Source: Thermodesulfobium acidiphilum
Lineage (GTDB): Bacteria > Thermodesulfobiota > Thermodesulfobiia > Thermodesulfobiales > Thermodesulfobiaceae
Assembly: GCF_003057965.1 (NCBI RefSeq)
Contig: NZ_CP020921.1
Location: 176,100 to 208,099, forward strand
DNA length: 32,000 nt
Direction of reading: 5' to 3'
Made by a program: the position numbers and the translations under genes. Position 1 is the first letter of the stretch. Each line of letters starts with the position of its first letter. The notes under the pieces were generated by a model. That model ran no database searches. It had not been told where the DNA came from and was given only the letters and a program-made list of their open reading frames with translations. This document shows, piece after piece, positions 19,651-27,585 of the stretch.

Positions 19651-20662
19651 AAGGGATGGTGTATCCACAGGAGATATTGAGCTAGAAAGGCTAAAAGGTG
19701 AAGTCGATCAAATAGAGGAAAATTTGAACCGTTTAAAATTGTACGAAACTAAAGGTGCAGATCAACTTAGTATTATAAATGCGAATTTGACTCTAAAGGA
19801 AGCCGAGATAAAGTATGTTAATTATAAGATAAATCTAATAGAAAAAAATATTTCTGATACTACTTCACAGATAGAGCATCAGAAAGACATAATTCAACAA
19901 AAGGAACAAGAGGTAGGCAAGAGACTTAGATCTATATATATGATGCAAGAGCTCCCATTCTTAGACGTTATTCTATCGATGAACAATAATATTAACGATT
20001 GGTTTGAAAGCGTTATTTTGTTTCAGAGGATTGAAAGTCAGGATAGAGACGTTCTTGATCAATATTCTCTGGCTGAAGCAAAATTAAGAGATCTATTACA
20101 ATCTCAGAATAACGAGAAAAGTAAACTTTTTGATCTAAAACAGAAACTCTTTCAGAAAGAAAAAAGAATTATTGAGCAAAGAAACGAAAAAATGGCTTTA
20201 CTTTTAAAAGATACAAATAGTGAAGTGTCTTATAACCAACATACTCAAGATCTTAGTTCAAGATCACGTGAAAGCTCGAGAGGCTTTATCTGGCCTGTAG
20301 TAGGGCCTATTACCTCAGGATATGGTTGGAGGATACACCCAATTTTTAAAATTCCAGAGTTTCATACGGGTATTGACATAGGTGTGCCTTATGGTACTCC
20401 AATATTAGCGGCAAAAAGCGGAGTGGTTACGTACTCAGGATGGGGAACTGGTTATGGTAATCTGGTGATTTTAAACAATGGTTCAGGAATCGAAACAAGA
20501 TATTCTCATGCAAGCAGATTGGCGGTTTATGTGGGTGAAAGAGTTAGACAAGGGCAGGTGATTGCTTATGTTGGCAGTACAGGTTGGTCTACGGGCCCTC
20601 ATTTATTTTTTGAAATAAGGATCAATGGTAAACCTGTTAACCCACTAAACTATTTACCGTAA
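19574..20662 (+). CDS. Coiled-coil M23 (LytM) peptidase-like protein, probable inactive variant (EnvC/PcsB-like architecture)
   Basis: 362 aa; signal/TM N-terminus, coiled coil, HTGIDIGVPYGTPI, RYSHASRL, but TGPHLFFEIR instead of TGPHLHFEIR. Confidence 0.9.
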   Translation: MNRYIISLLLSLFLLTVILPYAIGKSRDGVSTGDIELERLKGEVDQIEENLNRLKLYETKGADQLSIINANLTLKEAEIKYVNYKINLIEKNISDTTSQIEHQKDIIQQKEQEVGKRLRSIYMMQELPFLDVILSMNNNINDWFESVILFQRIESQDRDVLDQYSLAEAKLRDLLQSQNNEKSKLFDLKQKLFQKEKRIIEQRNEKMALLLKDTNSEVSYNQHTQDLSSRSRESSRGFIWPVVGPITSGYGWRIHPIFKIPEFHTGIDIGVPYGTPILAAKSGVVTYSGWGTGYGNLVILNNGSGIETRYSHASRLAVYVGERVRQGQVIAYVGSTGWSTGPHLFFEIRINGKPVNPLNYLP

Positions 20663-20763
20663 GTCTTCAAAACTCTTTTCAAGTAACGTTTATTAACCTG
20701 GCAAGAGCGAGTTCATCTTTTGAAAATATGCAGGAAATAACTAGCAATGATTTATGTAAAGAT

Positions 20764-20785
20764 ACAAATAAGTAACCTTATTTGT
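20764..20785 (+). other. Hairpin ACAAATAAG-TAAC-CTTATTTGT between the M23 paralogues
   Basis: 9-bp perfect inverted repeat with 4-nt loop; no immediate poly-T. Confidence 0.4.
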
Positions 20786-20834
20786 GAGGTCGTAGGGACT
20801 TTTTGATCTACTTTTAAAATGAGAACAATTCGAC

Positions 20835-20847
20835 TGTGCTAAAATAA
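20835..20847 (+). promoter_or_regulatory. Candidate extended -10 promoter element upstream of M23 copy 2
   Basis: TGTGCTAAAATAA, identical to 19381-19393, 47 nt before the 221-bp repeat (49 nt in copy 1). Confidence 0.45.
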
Positions 20848-20881
20848 AGTATTTGGAGGTTTTTTGAGATTTATCTTAATA

Positions 20882-21102
20882 TTTTTGGCTCTTTTTAGAG
20901 AGGGAGGTCTTTTGTGCTAAAGCTTATGAGATCGGGTAAGTTTATATTCTTTGTAACCATAATACTTGTTATTGTATTTATACTAACTTCGGTAATTCTG
21001 TTTTTACCTGTATTCCCAAGGTGAAATGAATCGATACATAATTTCTCTCCTACTTTCACTTTTTCTTCTAACGGTTATATTGCCTTATGCTATTGGAAAA
21101 TC
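20882..21102 (+). repeat. 221-bp perfect direct repeat, copy 2
   Basis: Identical to 19430-19650. Confidence 0.95.
20914..21024 (+). CDS. 36-aa micro-ORF, second copy (identical single-TM peptide)
   Basis: Same GTG/RBS/TGA-A-ATG arrangement as 19462-19572. Confidence 0.55.
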   Translation: MLKLMRSGKFIFFVTIILVIVFILTSVILFLPVFPR

Positions 21103-22156
21103 TAATGAACAACTTGAGCAAAAGAGAAGTGAGTTAGAGAATATTAGAGCCCAAATTGAAGAAAAAAGAGCAATTTTAAATCAACTAAGACAACAGGAAA
21201 ACTCAATTATAGGTCAAATAGATCAAATTGATGCGAATTTAGATCTTAAAGAAACAGAGCTAAAGGATGTAAATTATAGGTTGAATCTTTTGCAACAAAA
21301 GATTCAAGATACTAATTCTCAGATCAATTATCAAAGAAAAATTATTCAAGAAAAAGAATTGCAAGTTGCAAACAGACTGAGATCAATTTATATGATGCAA
21401 GAGCTCCCCTTTTTCGATATTGTTCTTTCAATGAATAATAACGTTAACGATTGGTTTGAGACCTTTTTCATTTTTGAGAGGATTGCATCTCAAGATAAGG
21501 AAGTTCTTAACCAGTATAACGTTGCAATGGAAAATCTGAACATGCTTTTAAAAACTCAAGAAGAAGAAAAGACAAAAGCTTTAGAACTCAAAAACGATCT
21601 TGATCAGAAAAAACAAGAAATTATTGCTCAAAGAAGTGAGAGACAGGTTATATTGAAAAATATAATGAGTAATAGGGCTTCTTACGAAGCAGCTGAGGCT
21701 GAATTACAGGCAAAGTCTCGGGAAATAGAAGCCTTTTTGAGAAATTTGGGTTCAGGTCCACGCGTGGGAACTGGTAGATTTATATGGCCAGCATCAGGCC
21801 CCATCACCTCTCCCTTTGGCCCAAGATTTGATCCGTATCTACATGTTCAAAGTTTTCATACGGGAATTGATATCGGCGCAGAATATGGCTCTCCTATAGT
21901 GGCTGCAGACAGCGGACGCGTTGTATACTCTGGGTGGTATGACGGTTATGGTAAGGCTATTATTATAGATCATGGGGGAGGGGTATCAACGCTTTATGCT
22001 CACGCAAGTAGATTAATTGCGTATGTAGGCGAAAATGTAAGACAGGGACAGGTTATTGGATATGTTGGGGATACTGGTTATGCAACGGGACCTCACCTTC
22101 ATTTTGAGATAAGAATTAACGGTAAACCTGTTAATCCCCTGTTATACCTGCCATAA
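21026..22156 (+). CDS. Coiled-coil M23 (LytM) peptidase, catalytic residues intact
   Basis: 376 aa; HTGIDIGAEYGSPI, TLYAHASRL, TGPHLHFEIRINGKPVNP. Paralogue of 19574-20662. Confidence 0.93.
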   Translation: MNRYIISLLLSLFLLTVILPYAIGKSNEQLEQKRSELENIRAQIEEKRAILNQLRQQENSIIGQIDQIDANLDLKETELKDVNYRLNLLQQKIQDTNSQINYQRKIIQEKELQVANRLRSIYMMQELPFFDIVLSMNNNVNDWFETFFIFERIASQDKEVLNQYNVAMENLNMLLKTQEEEKTKALELKNDLDQKKQEIIAQRSERQVILKNIMSNRASYEAAEAELQAKSREIEAFLRNLGSGPRVGTGRFIWPASGPITSPFGPRFDPYLHVQSFHTGIDIGAEYGSPIVAADSGRVVYSGWYDGYGKAIIIDHGGGVSTLYAHASRLIAYVGENVRQGQVIGYVGDTGYATGPHLHFEIRINGKPVNPLLYLP

Positions 22157-22218
22157 TATAATTAGCTCTGACTTTATAAATTGATAGTTTGCGTTTTAAA
22201 ACTTTTTGGAGGTGTATT

Positions 22219-23466
22219 TTGCAAGAATTTTATTTTCCTGAATTTAAAGTTATTGAATTAAAAAATTCTCTTAAAATTGTTTTAATTCCAATTTTTGAGT
22301 CTAACAGCATAGTTACTTCTTTGTATCTAAAAGTTGGAAGTGCTCTAGAGGATTATAATACAAACGGATTGTCACATTTTCTTGAGCACCTATTATTTAA
22401 GGGAACAAAAAAGAGAAGTGCCTATGACATCTTTTGTGATATTGAAAGCGTTGGCGGTGAGATAAATGCTGCTACTTCTAACGAATATACAGTCTTTTAC
22501 ACTTATCTTCCATATGATTCAATAGAGTTATCCCTTGATATGATATCAGATATTGTTTTTCATCCTGTTTTTCCAGTAGAAGAAGTTGACAAAGAGCGCC
22601 TGGTGGTGTTAGAAGAGATGAAAAGGTCTTATGATAGAATACCAAGCTGGAATTTTAATAATTTTTTGAAAAAATCATTTCCTGAGAGCACTTTGGGTTT
22701 TCCAATAATTGGTAGAGAAGAGGTAATTTCTAATATAGAATACGAAAGGATTATAGAGTTTTATAAAAAATTTTATGTGCCAAGCAATTCAATTTTAGTT
22801 ATTTCTGGAAAGTTTGATGAAAAGGAAGCTCTTGATTTATCAGAAAAATATTTCGGAGTTATACCTGATGTGGGAAAGAATTTTTTTGATTATTCTGTTG
22901 ATGGTTTTCCCGAAAAAGTATTTTTTGTTGAAAAAAGAAAAGATATAAAACAGGCTAGTTTGATTTATGGTTTTAGAACCAATGGTTATAGAGATAGAGA
23001 GAGAGTTATCTTTGATATAGTTGATGCATATTTAGGATCGGGAGGAAGCTCTGTTTTGTTTCAGGAAATAAGAGAAAAAAGAGGTCTTGCTTATGACATT
23101 TCTACTTTTAATTATGTGTTTAAGAAAGCATCTGTGTTTGGTGTAATTTCTGGACTTAACCAAAGGTATTTGAATGAAGCTATTGAAGTTATCAGAAAAG
23201 AAATTGAAAGATTGAAGAAAGAAGGAATAGACGAACAAGAACTTTCAAGGTTAAAGAGACTTTTAAGGGGGCGCTATTTGTTGGATTTTGAAACGAATTT
23301 CAAGATTTCAAGTTTGATAGGTAAACATATATTATTTGATGAGATAGACTACCTTATGTCTTATCTTGAAAAACTGGACAAAATTTCTCCAGAACAGATT
23401 TTAGAGGTTGTTAACGAATCTTTTGATTTCGATAGAGAAATTATTTGTCTTATAAAGAGAGAATAA
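22219..23466 (+). CDS. M16-family zinc peptidase (insulinase/processing-peptidase-like)
   Basis: LSHFLEHLLFKGTKKRS (HxxEH) with downstream E; Y and R residues of the C-terminal half. Track ORF begins at 22189, but GGAGG at 22208-22212 supports TTG at 22219. Confidence 0.92.
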   Translation: MQEFYFPEFKVIELKNSLKIVLIPIFESNSIVTSLYLKVGSALEDYNTNGLSHFLEHLLFKGTKKRSAYDIFCDIESVGGEINAATSNEYTVFYTYLPYDSIELSLDMISDIVFHPVFPVEEVDKERLVVLEEMKRSYDRIPSWNFNNFLKKSFPESTLGFPIIGREEVISNIEYERIIEFYKKFYVPSNSILVISGKFDEKEALDLSEKYFGVIPDVGKNFFDYSVDGFPEKVFFVEKRKDIKQASLIYGFRTNGYRDRERVIFDIVDAYLGSGGSSVLFQEIREKRGLAYDISTFNYVFKKASVFGVISGLNQRYLNEAIEVIRKEIERLKKEGIDEQELSRLKRLLRGRYLLDFETNFKISSLIGKHILFDEIDYLMSYLEKLDKISPEQILEVVNESFDFDREIICLIKRE

Positions 23467-24813
23467 TTATACTTCCTCTCCCATCATATAATGGGAGAGG
23501 ACGTTTGTGATGTAGACTTTTGTTTTTAATCGCTGATCGAGTTTATTTCCCTTTTTAAAAATAACTATTTGATGTCCTTTTGTTCTTGATGAGATAAAAC
23601 CCTTCTTTTTTTTGTCTTCTCCTCTTATGAGGACGTCCAATGTTTTGTTTAAGTACTGTTGTCTAAAGCTGAGTGAAATTTCCTCAGCCTTTTTTATTAG
23701 GATATTTGCCCTTTGTGCCTTTTCCTGATATGAAATATTGTCTTCAAATTTTGATGCAGGTGTAAAAGGCCTTTTTGAATATATTGCTATATTTACTGTA
23801 TCGTATTTAAATTCTTCAATTGCGTTTAGAGTGTCTTGAAAGTCCTTGTCTGTTTCACCTGGAAATCCCACGATAAAATCTGATGTTATAACTGCATCAG
23901 GTATTATTTTTCTTATCATATGTATAGAATTTCTATATTGTTCGACGCTATACTTTCTATTCATTAGTTTTAGAATCCTATCGGAACCAGATTGCATAGG
24001 AATGCTAAAATAATTGCATAAATTATCATATGACGCTACGGTTTCTAATAATTCTTTTGTAATCATTGAAGGATAACTTGTTATACACTTGAACCATAAA
24101 TTTGGAAATTTCTTAGCACTGATCTCCAAAAGTTCTTTAAGAGATGCTCCGATATCTTTTCCATAGGAATCACAGTTTTGACCAAGATATATAATCTCTT
24201 TGAATCCTTGCTCACATCTTTGAGAAACTTCGCTCAATATACTTTCTAGAGACCTGCTCCTTTCTCTTCCCCTTCCATACGGAACTGCACAGTAAGTACA
24301 AAATTGATCGCATCCGGATGAAATTGGAAGGTATGCACTGGGAAAATCGTGTTGGTTCTCAGGAGCAGGGATACAATCTGGGTTTGTTATAGATTCCTTC
24401 AGATTAATATAATTTGTTTTTTCTATTATATTTTTAACAATTGTTTCGACATCTTCAAGCGATGCAGGGCTAAAGAGAACGTCAATCTTTGGAAATTTTT
24501 CAAGTATCTTTTTGCCCCATATTTTTGCCTGACACCCGCCAAGTGCAAAACACTTTAGTTTCCTTTCTTTTTTATATTTTAAATATTTTCCTATTCTTGC
24601 AAGGGCTTTGTTTTCAGCATTTTCTCTAACAGCACATGTCAATAGAACAATTATTTCAGCATTTTCTGGATTTGATTGGGATAAGCCATGCTTTAAAAAG
24701 AGAGAGGCAAAAACCTCTCCCTCATATTTGTTCATCTGACACCCCAAAACCTCAATAAAAAAGGTTTTGGGCAATTCGTTTAGCTTAAGATTGTGGCCTT
24801 CTTGGTTCAACAA
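23467..24813 (-). CDS. miaB: tRNA-2-methylthio-N6-dimethylallyladenosine synthase (MiaB)
   Basis: 448 aa; GCQMNKYEGE, radical SAM SSGCDQFCTYCAVPYGRGRERSR, IYLGQNCDSYG, SDFIVGFPGETDKDF, C-terminal TRAM-like region. TTG start. Confidence 0.92.
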   Translation of the reverse strand: MLNQEGHNLKLNELPKTFFIEVLGCQMNKYEGEVFASLFLKHGLSQSNPENAEIIVLLTCAVRENAENKALARIGKYLKYKKERKLKCFALGGCQAKIWGKKILEKFPKIDVLFSPASLEDVETIVKNIIEKTNYINLKESITNPDCIPAPENQHDFPSAYLPISSGCDQFCTYCAVPYGRGRERSRSLESILSEVSQRCEQGFKEIIYLGQNCDSYGKDIGASLKELLEISAKKFPNLWFKCITSYPSMITKELLETVASYDNLCNYFSIPMQSGSDRILKLMNRKYSVEQYRNSIHMIRKIIPDAVITSDFIVGFPGETDKDFQDTLNAIEEFKYDTVNIAIYSKRPFTPASKFEDNISYQEKAQRANILIKKAEEISLSFRQQYLNKTLDVLIRGEDKKKKGFISSRTKGHQIVIFKKGNKLDQRLKTKVYITNVLSHYMMGEEV

Positions 24814-25057
24814 TTAATTTTACAGCTGTTTTAGCTTCACCTTGAATTTCTACATCTGCAAAAGCAGGTACGCAGATAAGATCTATTGCGCTGGGTGCAA
24901 CATAACCTCTAGCTATAGCTATTGCTTTTATTGCTTGATTCACAGCTCCAGCACCTATAGCTTGTAGTTCTGCTCGCCCTTTTTCTCTTATTGTGTTTGC
25001 AAGGGCACCTGCTACAGCATTTGGATTTGATTTAGCACTGACCTTTAGTTCTGACAT
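24785..25057 (-). CDS. spoVS: Stage V sporulation protein S (SpoVS) family, Alba-like fold
   Basis: 90 aa; LKVSAKSNPNAVAGALANTIREKGRAELQAIGAGAVNQAIKAIAIARGYVAPSAIDLICVPAFADVEIQGEAKTAVKLIVEPR. Confidence 0.95.
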   Translation of the reverse strand: MSELKVSAKSNPNAVAGALANTIREKGRAELQAIGAGAVNQAIKAIAIARGYVAPSAIDLICVPAFADVEIQGEAKTAVKLIVEPRRPQS

Positions 25058-25449
25058 GCTATGACCTCCTTTTGTAAGTAGCGTTAGATTTTAAGATGAA
25101 CACTATAATAGTTAATTTTCATAAAAATATAACCTGTTTGTCAAGTGGGTAATTTTAAACTAATTGGACTTGATATAAATTAATTGTCATTTTTGATAAA
25201 CAATAATCTGGTATAGTTTATAATTATAACTAAGTTAAGTTTGAAAGTTTAGTATTTTACTATGTAGTTAGGCTAAGACAATATTTGTAATCTGGTTAAT
25301 ATTGTGTTCTCCATCATAAGAGTTGTTCAGGCAATAACTGTTATTAGTAGTTTTCTAATAATAGTTTGATAAGTTTTATATAATGAGTTAAAATTATATC
25401 AGATATAAATTATTTATATAGATTGGGGTTAGTGGTAATTAAAAATTAT

Positions 25450-26196
25450 ATGCGCATTAATAAGTTTTTGAGTTTTTCTGGTCTAACTTCTAGAAGGAAG
25501 GCAGAGACACTTGTCCTATCTGGAAAAGTTGAGGTTAATGACAAAGTTATTTCTGATCTGTCTTATAAGGTTGATCTGAATAAAGACGTTATAAAGGTTG
25601 ATGGCAAATTAGTTGAAATAAAAAAAAGAAGACATTATTTGCTTTTTTATAAGCCGAGATGGGTTTTAACTGCTCTTGGAAAAGACCCAGGAGGCTTAAA
25701 AACGTTAGATGGATATCTTAAAGGCTTAAAACTAAGGCTTTTCCCTGCAGGGAGATTGGATTTCGACTCTGAAGGGTTGCTTCTTTTGACAGATGATGGG
25801 GAATTTGCTCACAAAATACATCATCCATCCTTTAAGGTTATTAAAAAGTATCAAGTTTTAGTCAATCCTGTATTTGATATGGTTGATAAGGAAAGAGTAC
25901 TTTCAGGTTGTGTTTTGATGGGAAAGTTTGTTAAACCAGATAACTTTAAGATACTCAAAAATTTATCTGATGCCTCTTGGTTAGAAATAGCATTTCATGA
26001 AGGAATGAAACACCTTATAAAAGAGTATCTAAAAAAAATGGGATATAGCGTTAAAAGGTTGATTAGGGTAGGAATTGGAGATTTTAAATTAACTGGAATT
26101 CCGGGATCGTATAGGTGGTTGAGCGAAGAAGAAGTGTCTAATTTCAAAAAAAAGTATTTTGGTGATACGGCTGGTGATAGCGATGGAGAATATTAA
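25450..26196 (+). CDS. RluB/RsuA-family rRNA pseudouridine synthase
   Basis: S4 domain MRINKFLSFSGLTSRRKAETLVLSGKVEVN, catalytic GRLDFDSEGLLLLTDDGEFAHKIHHPSF (PAGRLDFDSEGLLLLT). Track ORF starts at 25423; the ATG at 25450 is the more typical start. Confidence 0.9.
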   Translation: MRINKFLSFSGLTSRRKAETLVLSGKVEVNDKVISDLSYKVDLNKDVIKVDGKLVEIKKRRHYLLFYKPRWVLTALGKDPGGLKTLDGYLKGLKLRLFPAGRLDFDSEGLLLLTDDGEFAHKIHHPSFKVIKKYQVLVNPVFDMVDKERVLSGCVLMGKFVKPDNFKILKNLSDASWLEIAFHEGMKHLIKEYLKKMGYSVKRLIRVGIGDFKLTGIPGSYRWLSEEEVSNFKKKYFGDTAGDSDGEY

Positions 26197-26464
26197 ATTT
26201 TTAAATCCGTTAAAGGTAAACAAGACTATTGATATAGTTTATCTTATGTGTCCAATGCATATCGTTTCAATTAAAAAGGCCCTTAGAGAATTAAAGGAGG
26301 GGGAGATACTTGAGGTATTAAGCGATTTTTCCCATGCACTTGAAGATATACCAAATTGGTGCAAGATGTCAGGACACGAATTTTTGGGAATTATAGAATG
26401 TGATGATTACGTGAAATTTTATATTAGAAAGTCTCAGGTTGACCCACTTAATGATCTATCTTGA
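26183..26464 (+). CDS. TusA/SirA-like sulfurtransferase family protein
   Basis: VNKTIDIVYLMCPMHIVSIKKALRELKEGEILEVLSDFSHALEDIPNWCKMSGHEFLGIIE resembles the TusA fold (CPxP..K..AL..L..G..L.V..D..). Start at ATG 26183 overlaps the previous gene by 14 nt. Confidence 0.75.
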   Translation: MENIKFLNPLKVNKTIDIVYLMCPMHIVSIKKALRELKEGEILEVLSDFSHALEDIPNWCKMSGHEFLGIIECDDYVKFYIRKSQVDPLNDLS

Positions 26465-27578
26465 TTATTACTCTACTTCTCCAATAGAAGATGAAGTTTG
26501 TGAGGCGATGTATCCATATTTGAAAGAAAGGTTCTTTAATCCTCTTTCAAAAAATAAAATGGGCGCTATGATAAAGGAAGAAATTGAAAAAGCAAGGTCG
26601 AAAGTAGCTAAACTAATAAATGCGAGCGATGACGAGATTATATTTACATCATCTGGCACGGAATCAAACAACACTGTTATTAAAGGTTTGTCTTTTGCTT
26701 ATGAAAAGAGGGGCAAGCACGTTATTACCTCAAAGTCTGAACATCATTCAGTATTGAATCCAATGAGAAGTCTTGAAAGAATGGGTTTTTATGTTACGTT
26801 TCTGTCACCAGATAAATATGGAGAAATCAAACCTTCTTATGTGGAAAGTGCAATAAGAGACGACACAATGTTAGTTTCGTTAAGTTTTGGTTCTGTTGAT
26901 GTGGGAACCATAAACAATATAAAAGAAATAGCTAAAATCTTGAAAAAGAAAGATATTTTGTTTCATACTGATGCTGTGGCGGCAGTGGGTAACGTTCATA
27001 TAGATGTAAGGGATCTTGGTGTGGACTCCTTATCTTTTAGTTCTCACATTTTTGGCGGTCCTAAGGGAGTAGGCGGTTTTTATCTTAGAGATGGCCTGAG
27101 ATTTATGCCTCTAATTTATGGCGGGCCCCAAGAATTTGGCAAAAGAGCTGGTACAGAGAACGTGCCGGGAATAATTGGTATTGGAGTTGCAGCTGAATTG
27201 GCAATGCTAAACCTTGATAAAAGGATTGAAAAAAGAAATAAATTAATATCTGAAATTAAAAAAATACTTTCTCTCGATGGTATAAAACTCGTAGGAAAGG
27301 ATCTTGAAAGGTTACCAGGACACCTTTCTTTTATTATAGATAAAGTCAAAAGTTCAGATATGATTTCTTATCTTGAATCAAACGATATATACGTTTCGAG
27401 TGGTTCCCCATGCGTTTCTTACGCGCTTAAAGCTTCGCCAGTTCTTATAAGCATGGGATATACCTTTGAACAGGCGTCAAGCATAATAGCACTATCTACA
27501 AGCCACAAAACTACCGAAGAAGAAATAGGCCTTTTCCTTGAAATTTTTGAAAGGGGTATCAAGAAGCTAAGGCGCTAG
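26451..27578 (+). CDS. Cysteine desulfurase (NifS/IscS family)
   Basis: MIYLDYYSTSP, FTSSGTESNN, TSKSEHHSVLNP, HTDAVAAVGNVHIDVRDLGVDSLSFSSHIFGGPKGVGGFYLR, GPQEFGKRAGTENVPGIIG, SSGSPCVS. Confidence 0.93.
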   Translation: MIYLDYYSTSPIEDEVCEAMYPYLKERFFNPLSKNKMGAMIKEEIEKARSKVAKLINASDDEIIFTSSGTESNNTVIKGLSFAYEKRGKHVITSKSEHHSVLNPMRSLERMGFYVTFLSPDKYGEIKPSYVESAIRDDTMLVSLSFGSVDVGTINNIKEIAKILKKKDILFHTDAVAAVGNVHIDVRDLGVDSLSFSSHIFGGPKGVGGFYLRDGLRFMPLIYGGPQEFGKRAGTENVPGIIGIGVAAELAMLNLDKRIEKRNKLISEIKKILSLDGIKLVGKDLERLPGHLSFIIDKVKSSDMISYLESNDIYVSSGSPCVSYALKASPVLISMGYTFEQASSIIALSTSHKTTEEEIGLFLEIFERGIKKLRR

Positions 27579-27585
27579 CTTATGT

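Noticed and set aside
19430-21102. 221-bp direct repeats as transposon ends or IS terminal repeats
   Set aside because: They are direct, lie in frame across gene starts, contain coding sequence and RBS, and no transposase is present; local duplication or gene conversion fits better.
23475-23500. Hairpin CCTCTCCCAT-CATATA-ATGGGAGAGG as an intrinsic terminator for the M16 gene or miaB
   Set aside because: A strong 10-bp stem, but no T-run follows on either strand and it lies within the miaB 3' coding end. Recorded as a possible processing or stalling hairpin only.
24349-24558. 69-aa plus-strand ORF
   Set aside because: Antisense to miaB.
24785-25057. Initial thought that the two ~90-aa GAGAVNQAIKAI proteins were bacterial microcompartment shell proteins
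   Set aside because: Sequences match the SpoVS family signature (VSAKSxPNxVAGALA...IGAGAxNQAxKAxAIARGxxAP), not a BMC domain, and no shell cargo genes are nearby.
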